Shown one piece after another: positions 49,523 through 58,722 of a DNA stretch of 64,000 bases. Source of the DNA: an uncultured Chlamydiae bacterium (GTDB lineage Bacteria > Chlamydiota > Chlamydiia > Chlamydiales > JAJFMA01); assembly GCA_963713615.1 (NCBI GenBank), contig CAVQMM010000001.1:3648001-3712000 (forward strand). The letters are read 5' to 3'. Numbering within the stretch: the stretch's first letter is position 1; each line of letters starts with the position of its first letter. Under the pieces are notes generated by a model. It searched no databases. It saw nothing but the letters and a program-made list of their open reading frames with translations, and was not told where the DNA came from. Made by a program: the position numbers and the translations under genes.

Positions 49523-50440
49523 ATGAATATTGAGCAATTTCTATCTTATTTTAAACAGAGTGCTCTACAATTAGTTGGTAAACAGGTAAAGGAAGCTTGG
49601 AATTCAGTTGGTTACAATATATTTCTTGAATTTGGCGATGTTATCAGTTTTTCCAAAACAAAAGATGGCAGGAGTTATTCCAATTGGGAATGGGGTATAC
49701 ATATAGGTGATAGTGCCTGGCGTCTTACTAAAGACAGACACTTTGTTGTGGGTTCCGAAAGCTATAAAGAAGATATTGAGCAGAAGATTCAGGAACTTTT
49801 ATCAAAAAAATTTGTTTCTGTGGAGATAACATCTCAATTTCTTGATTTAGAAATTAATTTTGAAGATGAATATCAGATTTGCACCTTCTTTTTTTGGCAG
49901 ACAGAGGATCAGTGGTGGTTTTCTTTTCCCGATCGAGCCTCGACTCCAACTAAGAAGGAGTATATTAGCGTTAGCTGTGAGACTCCAGAGGAGATCAGAG
50001 ACGTGATGGAGCTGTCTCTAAAGTTTCCAATTCATGAACATTATGAGGTATTGACAGATGTTTTGGATGGGAAAATAATTAAAGGTATTGTGTTAGATGA
50101 AGCAAGGCTTTACATATCATGCAAAGGCGGTGAAGCCATAATGATTGACACATGGCACTGGAGGCTTGAAAAGGATGGTCATTTTGACACGACGTCAAGT
50201 CGTATCTCAAGCGATGAAAAAACTATCTTTAGTCGATTAAAGGTACTTGTAGGACAGGAAATTAAACGGGTTGATACAGCTAACGGGAGGATGGATATAA
50301 GGATTGTCATTGGTAGTCACTATGTTTTGAAGACTTTTACCAGCTCTGATTGGGGGCAATGGTTTGTTTTTAACAAAGATGACGACGTCATAGTTGCCTT
50401 TGAAGCTCAAGCCAATGAAATTACGGAGTCAGAGGAATAG
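49523..50440 (+). CDS. Putative immunity protein for the Rhs toxin (tandem duplicated domain)
   Basis: ATGA overlap with the Rhs stop; AT-rich and acidic. Two homologous halves (AWRLTKD...LLSKKF...TF..QW and HWRLEKD...LVGQEI...TF..QW). Confidence 0.7.
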   Translation: MNIEQFLSYFKQSALQLVGKQVKEAWNSVGYNIFLEFGDVISFSKTKDGRSYSNWEWGIHIGDSAWRLTKDRHFVVGSESYKEDIEQKIQELLSKKFVSVEITSQFLDLEINFEDEYQICTFFFWQTEDQWWFSFPDRASTPTKKEYISVSCETPEEIRDVMELSLKFPIHEHYEVLTDVLDGKIIKGIVLDEARLYISCKGGEAIMIDTWHWRLEKDGHFDTTSSRISSDEKTIFSRLKVLVGQEIKRVDTANGRMDIRIVIGSHYVLKTFTSSDWGQWFVFNKDDDVIVAFEAQANEITESEE

Positions 50441-50454
50441 GAATAAGTATGTTC

Positions 50455-50614
50455 GGCCTTGTTCGACTTTTCGCGCAGTTTTCGGTCGGCTGCGAGGCGC
50501 CCATCTGCAGCATTCGCCTCCTCGGCAATAGCTAGCGCTATTCCCTCGTCGTCGACTGCTGCATCTGGGACCTCTCGCCTGACCGAAATTCTGCCCGGAA
50601 AGCCGAACAAGGCC
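50455..50614 (-). mobile_element. 160-bp MITE subtype A
   Basis: TIRs; TSD GTATGTTC at 50447-50454 and 50615-50622; near-identical to 44509-44668. Confidence 0.95.
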
Positions 50615-50631
50615 GTATGTTCTCAGTGTCT

Positions 50632-50760
50632 TTTGGTTCCTCTGATGGATTGTCAGGGCAATGGACGTCGACTAGTCGACTCCAAGTCCAAAACGTTCAC
50701 TTCTAGTGAGTGGGACCAATGGTCGATCGACTCTAAAAAAGAGAACATTCTGTCTTGGCA
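50632..50760 (+). pseudogene. Relic orphan Rhs-core / immunity fusion fragment
   Basis: VPLMDCQGNGRRLVDSKSK resembles the Rhs core VPLMDFQGNIGRLVDSKSK (~48758). It joins directly to TFTSSEWDQW, which resembles immunity KTFTSSDWGQW. Confidence 0.7.
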
Positions 50761-50836
50761 GTCCAGACCGGTGACGATTGATTTTGCGAAAACCATGGGT
50801 ATTATCTGCGAATTCAGATCGGTGATCACAAAGAAT

Positions 50837-51352
50837 TTATGGCTGAAGTTGTGAAAAACGTTGTGTGAGGCCGAATGGATCTGAGGGGCCCCATTGACAC
50901 GCAGCCGCAAAAAGAATCCCAGCACTGGCTGTGGCAATAATGACCTTCGCAACTCTATCCGCTTGACGGCGCAGCTCATTTTCCTGCATGCCCTGAGGGT
51001 TTAAGATCCATAAAAGATGTTTACAAACTTGCCTGACACATTCGTCGACGCGTGGGATGACAGTTAGCAAGACAGTGGCAGTGCCTGCACAGACTCCAAT
51101 AGTCCACATAGTGCCCATCAGGGATCCACCGATGGTCGCCAAGGAAGTACTAAAGGTGATAACCCCTAGGACAAATATAGGTCCACCTATAGCGCCTTGT
51201 AAAAAGGATGTTGGGACAATAGTAATTAAGTCTGTAATGGTTTTGGCAACTGCCTTAACCGCCTCTTTAGCATGGTGACGACGCAGATCAAAGGGTTCCT
51301 GGCTCATCAGGACTTTAACAGTGGGTTGAATAGCATATCGCACAGTATCCAT
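50837..51352 (-). CDS. Hypothetical membrane protein with a long hydrophobic hairpin (Inc-like)
   Basis: ~55-aa hydrophobic segment IVPTSFLQGAIGGPIFVLGVITFS...TATVLLTVI; GAGGAG RBS. Confidence 0.6.
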   Translation of the reverse strand: MDTVRYAIQPTVKVLMSQEPFDLRRHHAKEAVKAVAKTITDLITIVPTSFLQGAIGGPIFVLGVITFSTSLATIGGSLMGTMWTIGVCAGTATVLLTVIPRVDECVRQVCKHLLWILNPQGMQENELRRQADRVAKVIIATASAGILFAAACQWGPSDPFGLTQRFSQLQP

Positions 51353-51494
51353 TGGCAGACTCCTCTCTACTTAGACCATTTTAAAAGGGATATATTAGCC
51401 ATCCATAAAGGGCAGATGTACAGTTCATCAAGAAAGCTTGACCCAATTTTGCAGCTCGGCTATAAAGGAGCCCTTTACGTAACCTAGATCTTAA

Positions 51495-51565
51495 GGTGGC
51501 ATAGCCAAGTGGTAAGGCAGAAGCCTGCAAAGCTTCCATCCCCAGTTCAAATCTGGGTGCCACCT
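51495..51565 (+). tRNA. tRNA-Cys (GCA)
   Basis: GGTGGCATAGCCAAGTGGTAAGGCAGAAGCCTGCAAAGCTTCCATCCCCAGTTCAAATCTGGGTGCCACCT forms a cloverleaf with a GCA anticodon; CCA is not encoded. Confidence 0.95.
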
Positions 51566-51594
51566 TTTTCTTCAACTTTCTTTTCCGGCGTCTT

Positions 51595-52419
51595 TTGACA
51601 CTGTTTTTGGTAGCCACTCCTATTGGAAACCTCGCCGACTTCACCGTCCGGGCTGTCGATATTTTGCGTTCCTGTGATTATATCCTTTGCGAAGACACTC
51701 GACATAGCCGAATTCTCTTACAACACTATCAAATTGATAGAGCTCTCAAAAGTTTTCATAAATTTAATGAAGCCGCGCGTGAAGACGAGGTCCTTAACGA
51801 CCTAAAGGCCGGTCGAAACATTGGCCTCATATCCGATGCGGGTACGCCCGGCATAGCAGATCCAGGTGAGCGGCTTGTTCATCGTTGTATTGAGGAGACT
51901 CTTGAAGTTGTTCCTATTCCAGGCCCGTGCGCCCTCATCACTGCCTTATGCGCCTCCGGCTTGCCTACCCTGCCATTTCAGTTTGTGGGATTTCTGCCTA
52001 AGCGTGCTTCTCAGCTGCATAAGACCATGCAGGGCATTCTAGCCTATCCAGGGACATCGATCTGTTATGAATCCCCGTTAAGACTTCGCGCTTTACTTCA
52101 AAAAATCGTCGAATTGGAATCCGATCGGCAGTTAGTTGTCGCGAGAGAATTAACTAAAAAATTTGAAGAAATTCGTCGTGGCACAGCTCAAGAGTTGCTT
52201 GCAATATGGCCACAGGCTCCTAAAGGTGAAGTCGTCGTGCTTGTCGGTCCACCAAAACCCGGCGCCTCAGCGGCAGCGTGGGAACACCTCTCGCCAGCTG
52301 AGCACGTCGCTTGGTATGAGGAAACCTATCAAGTAAGCTGTAGCGACGCCATCAAGGCCGTTGCTGATCTTCGTGGAGTTCCCAAAAAGGTTATCTACAA
52401 GTCCGTACACGTCGACTAA
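51595..52419 (+). CDS. rsmI: 16S rRNA (cytidine1402-2'-O)-methyltransferase
   Basis: LFLVATPIGNL, CEDTR, SDAGTPGIADPG, YESP, RELTKKFEE and KGE. Confidence 0.95.
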   Translation: MTLFLVATPIGNLADFTVRAVDILRSCDYILCEDTRHSRILLQHYQIDRALKSFHKFNEAAREDEVLNDLKAGRNIGLISDAGTPGIADPGERLVHRCIEETLEVVPIPGPCALITALCASGLPTLPFQFVGFLPKRASQLHKTMQGILAYPGTSICYESPLRLRALLQKIVELESDRQLVVARELTKKFEEIRRGTAQELLAIWPQAPKGEVVVLVGPPKPGASAAAWEHLSPAEHVAWYEETYQVSCSDAIKAVADLRGVPKKVIYKSVHVD

Positions 52420-53546
52420 ACAGACAGCGGCTTCATGTAAAGAATATCCTTAGACAGGCGACACCAGCGATTCCAGTCTTCTCGAATGCCCTTTTGGACT
52501 TCACGAATTTCGCGGTAGACGTCCGCCAAGATGTCCTTACCGGCGCATTCAGCTTTAAACTGATTGTAACGTTCTCGAAGCTGTCCCAACATCATCAGGT
52601 GGCTCATGATTCGTTCAGAAACTTCCTCTACCTGTGCCGACAGCTCTTCGGATTTGACATACCAAAGTTCACTGATGCGGTCTAGAAGGAGGTTTTTGCG
52701 CTCCTGAACAATGCGCTTTTGGACAGTTAAAGCATCAACACGCTTAAGATCACGTGCAAGACCCAACTTGCTGAGTGTCCAGATTAACCACTTGGTAGGA
52801 TCGAAGTGATACCAGCGCACACCATTGCGATAGTCGTTAGCATAGGCATGATGATAGTTGTGATAGCCCTCACCAAAGGTCAAAAGGCTCAAAATGTAGT
52901 TGTCGACGGCAGTGAGCTCTTTACAGAAGTGCTTGGACCCCCAAGTATGCGCTAACGAATTGATAAACCAGGTGAAGTGGTGTAAGCAAAAAAGGCGAAG
53001 TAAGCCTGCAAAAACGAAAGCACCCCAAAAGTCACCTACCAACCAGCCCACTGTGATAATTGCTAAAACGTTTGATAGGGTTAGGCACGAAAGCAGATAC
53101 TTATCCTGAAACATGATGAGAGGATTGCGCTTCAGGTCCGAGACGACTGCGGGAGCGATAGCACCAGGTTTTTCGAATAGCCACATTACATGGGCGTACC
53201 AAAAACCTTTCTTAATGGAGTGTGGGTCTCGGTCAGTATCGACATGAGCATGATGTAAACGGTGTTCATAGGCCCAACGTAACGCACTCCCTTGCGCTGC
53301 CATCGACCCGAAAAAGAGCAAAACAGCTTCCACATATCTATTCGTTCGGTAGGAACGATGCGCATAAAAGCGGTGGTAGCCGGCAGTGATGCTCAAGCCT
53401 GTGGTATACAAAAGTATGCCGGACAATATAAGTAGCGATAGGCTAGGGCTGTGATACATCAGGTACAGCGGTAGCACAAACAGCAGAATCGCATGGTAAG
53501 ATATCAGAAACAAGCCAGGGATCCAATTAAATCCTTTCCGCTCCAT
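52416..53546 (-). CDS. Acyl-CoA (delta-9-type) fatty acid desaturase
   Basis: His boxes YHRFYAH, HRLHH, NSLAH and GEGYHNYHH; FDPTKW. Confidence 0.93.
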   Translation of the reverse strand: MERKGFNWIPGLFLISYHAILLFVLPLYLMYHSPSLSLLILSGILLYTTGLSITAGYHRFYAHRSYRTNRYVEAVLLFFGSMAAQGSALRWAYEHRLHHAHVDTDRDPHSIKKGFWYAHVMWLFEKPGAIAPAVVSDLKRNPLIMFQDKYLLSCLTLSNVLAIITVGWLVGDFWGAFVFAGLLRLFCLHHFTWFINSLAHTWGSKHFCKELTAVDNYILSLLTFGEGYHNYHHAYANDYRNGVRWYHFDPTKWLIWTLSKLGLARDLKRVDALTVQKRIVQERKNLLLDRISELWYVKSEELSAQVEEVSERIMSHLMMLGQLRERYNQFKAECAGKDILADVYREIREVQKGIREDWNRWCRLSKDILYMKPLSV

Positions 53547-53619
53547 TTTCGCGACCTCCTAATATTGAGACACATAACGTTAACAAACCAGTCTACCAAT
53601 TTTTTCTCTTTTACACAAG

Positions 53620-53760
53620 AGAGGATGAGGAAGAGAGGATGAGGAAGAGAGGAGGAGGAAGAGCGGGAAGGAGGAGGAGAGGATTAGGATTTTACCACAG
53701 AGGACACAGAGACGCCGAGAAAGGACAGAGAGGAAAAGGAAAGAGGGTTAGGAGGGAAGC
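53620..53760. repeat. Purine-rich tract plus a TTTTACCACAGAG-ACACAGAG repeat
   Basis: GAGGAAGA-type tract followed by GGATTAGGATTTTACCACAGAGGACACAGAGACGCCGAG; an inverted partner lies at ~55960-56045. Confidence 0.7.
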
Positions 53761-53776
53761 AAAGTCCATTTTGTCA

Positions 53777-54841
53777 TCACTGAGTTTTTTGTGCGATGAG
53801 ATGAATCTCGTTCCATCGAACAGTGCCTAAAAATACCGTAGGACGCGTTGTTTTAATTTCGTTAATCCACAAGATTTCGAAGCCATTTTTTTCAAAGAGG
53901 TCAACGAGCTCCTTAACGGTTGAAAAGCTCATATTCTCTTTATAAGCCCATTCGTGTTCAGGACCGAAGAAATGCCCTGCAAAATACCCTGATGGGGCGA
54001 CATGAGACAGTATTTTCGTTGACATGACGTGTACGAATTGATCGTGCGGTATAAACGAAAAGACTGCAGTGCCGGTTACGGCATCAAAAGTTCCTAATTC
54101 ATCAGGAATCGATTCTAGTCTGCATGGTAAAGCTTTAGCTAGGTGCGACAATTCATGTTTTTCAGCCAGACGCAAAGCTGTTATCGCAATGGCATGAGGC
54201 GTGCCATCCAGTATTGTCACATCTGCTCCATAGCCTACCCAGTAGAGAGGGTCGCGTCCTGATTCACAACCAAGTGTATGAACGCTATTTACTTTTACGT
54301 CTTGTGCAAGTTCGGCCAGGCGTTGGGAAGCCTCTCCTGGGGTGCTCGAGTCTCTTATTTTATCGATAAAAGCACCCCACTTTTCATTGCCTAAATTCGG
54401 GTATTCATCAGTTTTAATGACGACCTTGTGGATGTGAAGAGTTGTATCCAATGTTGCATCAGTTGCCGTTTGTCGGGTCGTTGTCAATACGAGCACGTCT
54501 GTTTCGTTGAGCTGTTCCTCATTCTCTATAAGAACGCTATTGTTTTTGCCTATCGTTACTGCCGAGCAGTCTGAGCTGCTGAGGTGGATGTCGCCTGCAA
54601 TGTCCAATACATAAGTGGTGTTCTTTCTAAAACCATGCAATGCCAAATCTATGCTTTCGCCAGGTTCATGGAGGGGAAATGTCAGGGCAGACTCTTCAAC
54701 GGATAGGTCGATGGAGATCGAGAAAATGGCGGAAAAAAATAGACTCAGACAAAAAGACGTATATCTGATAAGGGAGCTTAATTTAATCATAGGAGTCACC
54801 AAACATTTAAAGATGCATTCTATCATATAGGTATCAATCAC
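53777..54841 (-). CDS. Exported class I SAM-dependent methyltransferase-like protein (TehB-like C-terminal domain)
   Basis: N-terminal hydrophobic segment; C-terminal LGCESGRD, VTILDG, FDAV, PSGYFAGHFFG and WNEIHLIAQK. Confidence 0.65.
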   Translation of the reverse strand: MIDTYMIECIFKCLVTPMIKLSSLIRYTSFCLSLFFSAIFSISIDLSVEESALTFPLHEPGESIDLALHGFRKNTTYVLDIAGDIHLSSSDCSAVTIGKNNSVLIENEEQLNETDVLVLTTTRQTATDATLDTTLHIHKVVIKTDEYPNLGNEKWGAFIDKIRDSSTPGEASQRLAELAQDVKVNSVHTLGCESGRDPLYWVGYGADVTILDGTPHAIAITALRLAEKHELSHLAKALPCRLESIPDELGTFDAVTGTAVFSFIPHDQFVHVMSTKILSHVAPSGYFAGHFFGPEHEWAYKENMSFSTVKELVDLFEKNGFEILWINEIKTTRPTVFLGTVRWNEIHLIAQKTQ

Positions 54842-54907
54842 TCCAATTGAAAAGATTAATTTTTTGGATCAGAAGTCTTGAGCCTTTGTTTTTCCTATCT
54901 CTAACGC

Positions 54908-54936
54908 TTGACTAATACAACAATAAATCATATATT
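54908..54936 (+). promoter_or_regulatory. Sigma70-type promoter
   Basis: TTGACT-N17-TATATT, about 45 bp upstream of ATG 54981. Confidence 0.55.
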
Positions 54937-54980
54937 TGTAAATGAGCTTCAATTAAATCCATTTATAAATATGAGTCATT

Positions 54981-55532
54981 ATGAAAAAGCTTTTTATTTT
55001 AACTATGTTATTGGCAAGTCCTTTTTTCAGCTATGCGAATGCGCCCACTGAGATCGCCCTTTGCGACGAAATCCATGAAAACAACATCCCAATTGTAGAG
55101 GGTAGTTGGAAAGTAGATCTGTCCCACGAAACATTCCAAAATACTGGAGTTAGCCCTGAGATCATGTTGGCTAACCATATGCAATCGTACGTAAATCAGC
55201 TTGAGCACAAAAGTGTCTCTGCGACGCTTAAAGTATCAAATGCTCCTTCAAATATGTATTATGGCACGCAGGTATCGTTCAGTTCTATGACAGGAAAGAC
55301 GGAGAACATTTGGCTTGTGGCTATTAGGGTAGATGGAAATCAAGCTACTGTTCATTTCAAACAAGTTCCTTACTTGGAAGCTGTAGCAAGGGGGATGATT
55401 CCTGACTCGCCTCCTCCACAATGGAGTAACATTCCCTATACTCTGGAGTATAATCCAGCCGATTGGAGCTTTGCAGACGATATTATTGCATTTCCATCCG
55501 GTGATGAGAATGCGCTTGTGGTACCCCGCTGA
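54981..55532 (+). CDS. Exported hypothetical protein (may continue in ORF 55471-55692 via a frameshift)
   Basis: Classic signal peptide MKKLFILTMLLASPFFSYA. Confidence 0.65.
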   Translation: MKKLFILTMLLASPFFSYANAPTEIALCDEIHENNIPIVEGSWKVDLSHETFQNTGVSPEIMLANHMQSYVNQLEHKSVSATLKVSNAPSNMYYGTQVSFSSMTGKTENIWLVAIRVDGNQATVHFKQVPYLEAVARGMIPDSPPPQWSNIPYTLEYNPADWSFADDIIAFPSGDENALVVPR

Positions 55533-55816
55533 AGAAACCCAGGATCCTAACCAGTTTGAAGCCCGCGCAACTTATGGTTGGGGGTTCCAACGCATCTTTG
55601 GGCTCACGGATCAAGAATGCCAAGCAGAGTTCCTGAAAGGAAGGATTCTCGATGGTTGCAAACTTGTACCAAAAGCTGACCTGAAGCGCTAGAACCGCAA
55701 TACACTCTGGCGTTGTCGATAACGACAGCGCCGGAGTGATGACTGACTGTCATTGTCTTTATGTCCCGCGCGCTTTTCAGAGCTGAGGTCAATAGGGGTC
55801 GTGAATAGTTACCAAA

Positions 55817-56045
55817 AAAGTTAGATTGAGCACCTGACCCGTTTGTGGGGCCTTAGACAAAATTCAGTCTAAGGATTTTGTCGAAAGATAACCCTACAGA
55901 GTCCTTAGAGTGAATTTTGTCTAAGGCCCCACAAACGGGTCATTCTCTCCTCTCTCTCCTATCTCTGTGTCTCGGCGTCTCTGTGGTAAAAATCCTAATC
56001 CTCTTCCTCCTCCTTTTCCTACTCCTTTTCCTCCTCTCCTCCTCG
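55817..56045. repeat. Intergenic composite repeat, reverse homolog of 15195-15420 and 53620-53760
   Basis: AAAGTTAGATTGAGCACCTG, hairpin CCCGTTTGTGGGGCCTTAGACAAAATTC/GAATTTTGTCTAAGGCCCCACAAACGGG, then CTCTGTGTCTCGGCGTCTCTGTGGTAAAATCCTAATCC and a pyrimidine tract. Confidence 0.8.
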
Positions 56046-56114
56046 TGTCGCCTCAGAGCTCTCTTGTTGAAAATACAGTGTGGCAGTAAGCTGATTGTTC
56101 AACTTGGAGACAGT

Positions 56115-57464
56115 ATGCCCGCCTATGGCTTAGCAGAAATTGCCCATCTCTTACAGGTGGAGAACTTTGAAAATCGTGCCCTCAAGGCCTTTCGCGTAGA
56201 TAGTCGATTTGTCGAGACCGGCGATATCTTCTTTGCTTTGCCGGGTGAGCATGCTGATGGCCATGACTTCCTCGTTGATGTTGCCGCTCGCGGCGCTGTG
56301 GCGGCGGTCGTTAAGCAAGATTATGTGGGCCCTGATTATGGTCTGGACCTGCTGCGTGTGCCTAATGTCCTTGAGGCGTTACAGTGCTTGGCGCGCATTC
56401 GCCTTGTTAAGCACCGTGCCAAAGTCGTAGCAATCACAGGCTCGGTTGGCAAGACAACAACGAAAGATTTTCTGCTGACTCTGCTGCGTCAAAAATATCG
56501 CGTTGGTGCCTCTGTTGGGAACCAGAATTCGCAGATTGGTCTCCCTTTAACCCTTTTAAATGACATCTCGGATGATGAAGATGTGATCATCCTAGAAATG
56601 GGCATGACTGAACCTGGCAACCTAGAGCAGTTACTTACCATCGCTCCGGCAGATGTAGCGCTACTCACCAGCGTCGCCTTGGTTCATGCTGGGTCCTTTG
56701 AGAACTTGGAACACATTGCACGGACCAAAGCCGAGATTTTTACGCATCCTAAGACCACGTTGGGCATCCTGCATCGCGATATTCCTAACTTCGACGAGCT
56801 TTCTTCTTTCGGAAGGTGTTCGAAACTATCGTTCTCCACACGGTATCTTGAATCAGATTATTATCTCGATGAGGAGAAAGAACATGTTGTAGTCTGTGCT
56901 AAGGGGCAGTCGCATGATCTAGGGATTTTAAAGGTTCCCGGAAAACATAACCGACATAACCTCCTAGCGGCCATAGCGGCGGCACGATCTCTTGGAGTAG
57001 ACTGGAGGGATATTTCGGAAGCCATTCCTCACTTACAACTACCCAAGCGTCGTTTACAGAGCATCTCTAAGGGTGATGTCTTGTTCGTCAATGACTCCTA
57101 CAATGCATGCGATGTTTCTGTAAAAGCTGCTTTAGATAGTCTTCCAGCGCCTTTACCAGGAGGAAGGAGAATTGCTGTTTTGGGAACCATGCCAGGACTT
57201 GGTAAATTCTCCGATCCCTGCCATCGCGATGTAGGCGTGTATGCTTTAAATTGTGTCGATAGCCTTTTTTGCTTGGGTATTGAGTGCCAGCCCATGGTGG
57301 ATATCTGGACCGGGCACGGGCGTGCAGCGCAATTGTTTCTTGAGCGGCATCTTCTCGTGCAGGCTTTGCAGCAATTTCTTCAGCCTCGTGATGTTGTCCT
57401 GCTAAAAGGAGCTAATGTGAAAAAAATGTGGGAAATTCTAGACGAAATAGTGTTAGCAAGGTAA
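56115..57464 (+). CDS. murF: UDP-MurNAc-tripeptide--D-Ala-D-Ala ligase
   Basis: DSR, DGHDF, AITGSVGKTTTK, LEMGM, NDSYNA and VLLKG. Start at ATG 56115 after GGAGA. Confidence 0.94.
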   Translation: MPAYGLAEIAHLLQVENFENRALKAFRVDSRFVETGDIFFALPGEHADGHDFLVDVAARGAVAAVVKQDYVGPDYGLDLLRVPNVLEALQCLARIRLVKHRAKVVAITGSVGKTTTKDFLLTLLRQKYRVGASVGNQNSQIGLPLTLLNDISDDEDVIILEMGMTEPGNLEQLLTIAPADVALLTSVALVHAGSFENLEHIARTKAEIFTHPKTTLGILHRDIPNFDELSSFGRCSKLSFSTRYLESDYYLDEEKEHVVVCAKGQSHDLGILKVPGKHNRHNLLAAIAAARSLGVDWRDISEAIPHLQLPKRRLQSISKGDVLFVNDSYNACDVSVKAALDSLPAPLPGGRRIAVLGTMPGLGKFSDPCHRDVGVYALNCVDSLFCLGIECQPMVDIWTGHGRAAQLFLERHLLVQALQQFLQPRDVVLLKGANVKKMWEILDEIVLAR

Positions 57465-57495
57465 TGTTTAAACCCAACCATTACTGAAAAAATAT

Positions 57496-58713
57496 ATGAT
57501 ATTGCTTCTTTGCGACTTTCTCACAACTTCTTTAGGCCTTAAGGTGCCCACTGTCTTCGCGTATTTTTCTACGCGTATGATTCTGTCGGCGCTAACAGCT
57601 TTGTTGCTAACGGTCTTTCTAGGCTCGAGCTTCATTCGTCGTCTCTATGAGCTTAAGGCTGGACAGCCCATTCGTTCTGAAGAATATGGCTTGATCAGCC
57701 AACTTCACGCAAACAAGCGCGATACGCCTACGATGGGTGGTGTTTTGATTTTGTTCTCGATGCTCGTCTCCATGATCCTGTGGATGGATCTCACGCATCC
57801 TTTCACTCTTTTGCTGTTTTTGACAACGGTAATCCTAGGGATAGCAGGGGGCCGGGACGACTATATCAAGGTGCGTTATAAAGACGTTAAGGGTCTATCG
57901 CGAAAGAAGAAATTAATCGTTCAGGCGTTGGTGGCAGGGATGATCGCAGCGTATCTGTTTGTCCCTCAGGTCAGTCAGACGCTGCACCAAGGACGCTGGT
58001 TTGCTCCTCCGACGATAAAGGAACATGTTTCGTCGGTGGATGCTGAAAATATAGTCTCAAGGGAGCTGAGTTTGCAGGAATATGCATCTCAACTGTTTAT
58101 TCCTTTCATAAAAGGCCCTGTACTAGTTTTTCAGGGCTTTTTTATCTTATTCGCTGTGGCGCTAGTCTTTTTGGTGGTATCCGGTTGTTCCAACGCTGTG
58201 AACTTAACGGATGGTTTGGATGGCCTGGCAGCAGGCTGCCTTCTGATGGTTGCCAGCACGTTAGCACTCTTTGCCTTTCTGTCCAATAATGCCGAAATAG
58301 CACGCTATCTGAATATTGCTTATGTAGAGGGCAGCGGGGAGATTGCTATCTACTTATGTGCTTTTGCAGGTTCTTGTTTAGGGTTTCTCTGGTTCAATGG
58401 GTATCCGGCACAAGTGTTCATGGGTGATGTGGGTTCCCTAACTCTAGGCGGGATTCTGGGAGTATCTACCGTTCTCCTCAAACGCGAGTTGTTATTAGCT
58501 ATTGTAGGTGGTGTTTTTGTGGCGGAGGCCCTATCAGTGATGTTACAAATTGGTAGCTATCGATGGCGCAACCAGAGACGTATCTTTCTCTGCTCGCCAC
58601 TACATCACCATTTTGAATATAAGGGGTGGCCCGAGACCAAGGTCACCATGCGCTTCTGGATTGTAGGTCTTGTATTGGCTATCATCGGTATCGCTTCCCT
58701 CAAATTCCAGTAG
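57496..58713 (+). CDS. mraY: Phospho-N-acetylmuramoyl-pentapeptide transferase
   Basis: TPTMGG, DDY, NAVNLTDGLDGL, FMGDVGS and PLHHHFE. Confidence 0.97.
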   Translation: MILLLCDFLTTSLGLKVPTVFAYFSTRMILSALTALLLTVFLGSSFIRRLYELKAGQPIRSEEYGLISQLHANKRDTPTMGGVLILFSMLVSMILWMDLTHPFTLLLFLTTVILGIAGGRDDYIKVRYKDVKGLSRKKKLIVQALVAGMIAAYLFVPQVSQTLHQGRWFAPPTIKEHVSSVDAENIVSRELSLQEYASQLFIPFIKGPVLVFQGFFILFAVALVFLVVSGCSNAVNLTDGLDGLAAGCLLMVASTLALFAFLSNNAEIARYLNIAYVEGSGEIAIYLCAFAGSCLGFLWFNGYPAQVFMGDVGSLTLGGILGVSTVLLKRELLLAIVGGVFVAEALSVMLQIGSYRWRNQRRIFLCSPLHHHFEYKGWPETKVTMRFWIVGLVLAIIGIASLKFQ

Positions 58714-58722
58714 GCACTGCCC

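Larger units (their letters stand above)
44241..49526 (+). pseudogene. Rhs/YD-repeat polymorphic toxin interrupted by two MITEs (about 1649 aa when reconstituted)
   Basis: ORFs 44241, 44700 and 46548 are all in one frame. Removing each MITE plus one TSD gives HTLRNRGPYEGELLVRL and GRDGIKHTTHYRYDAQDRL. YD repeats, core RYYDPELGRWLATDP and NPFRYIDPDG cleavage motif, then a C-terminal domain. Confidence 0.9.

Noticed and set aside
51381..51644. 87-aa minus-strand ORF
   Set aside because: It is antisense to tRNA-Cys and the start of rsmI.
55917..56114. Hydrophobic N-terminal extension of MurF
   Set aside because: It is a translation of the pyrimidine-rich repeat; the RBS supports ATG 56115.
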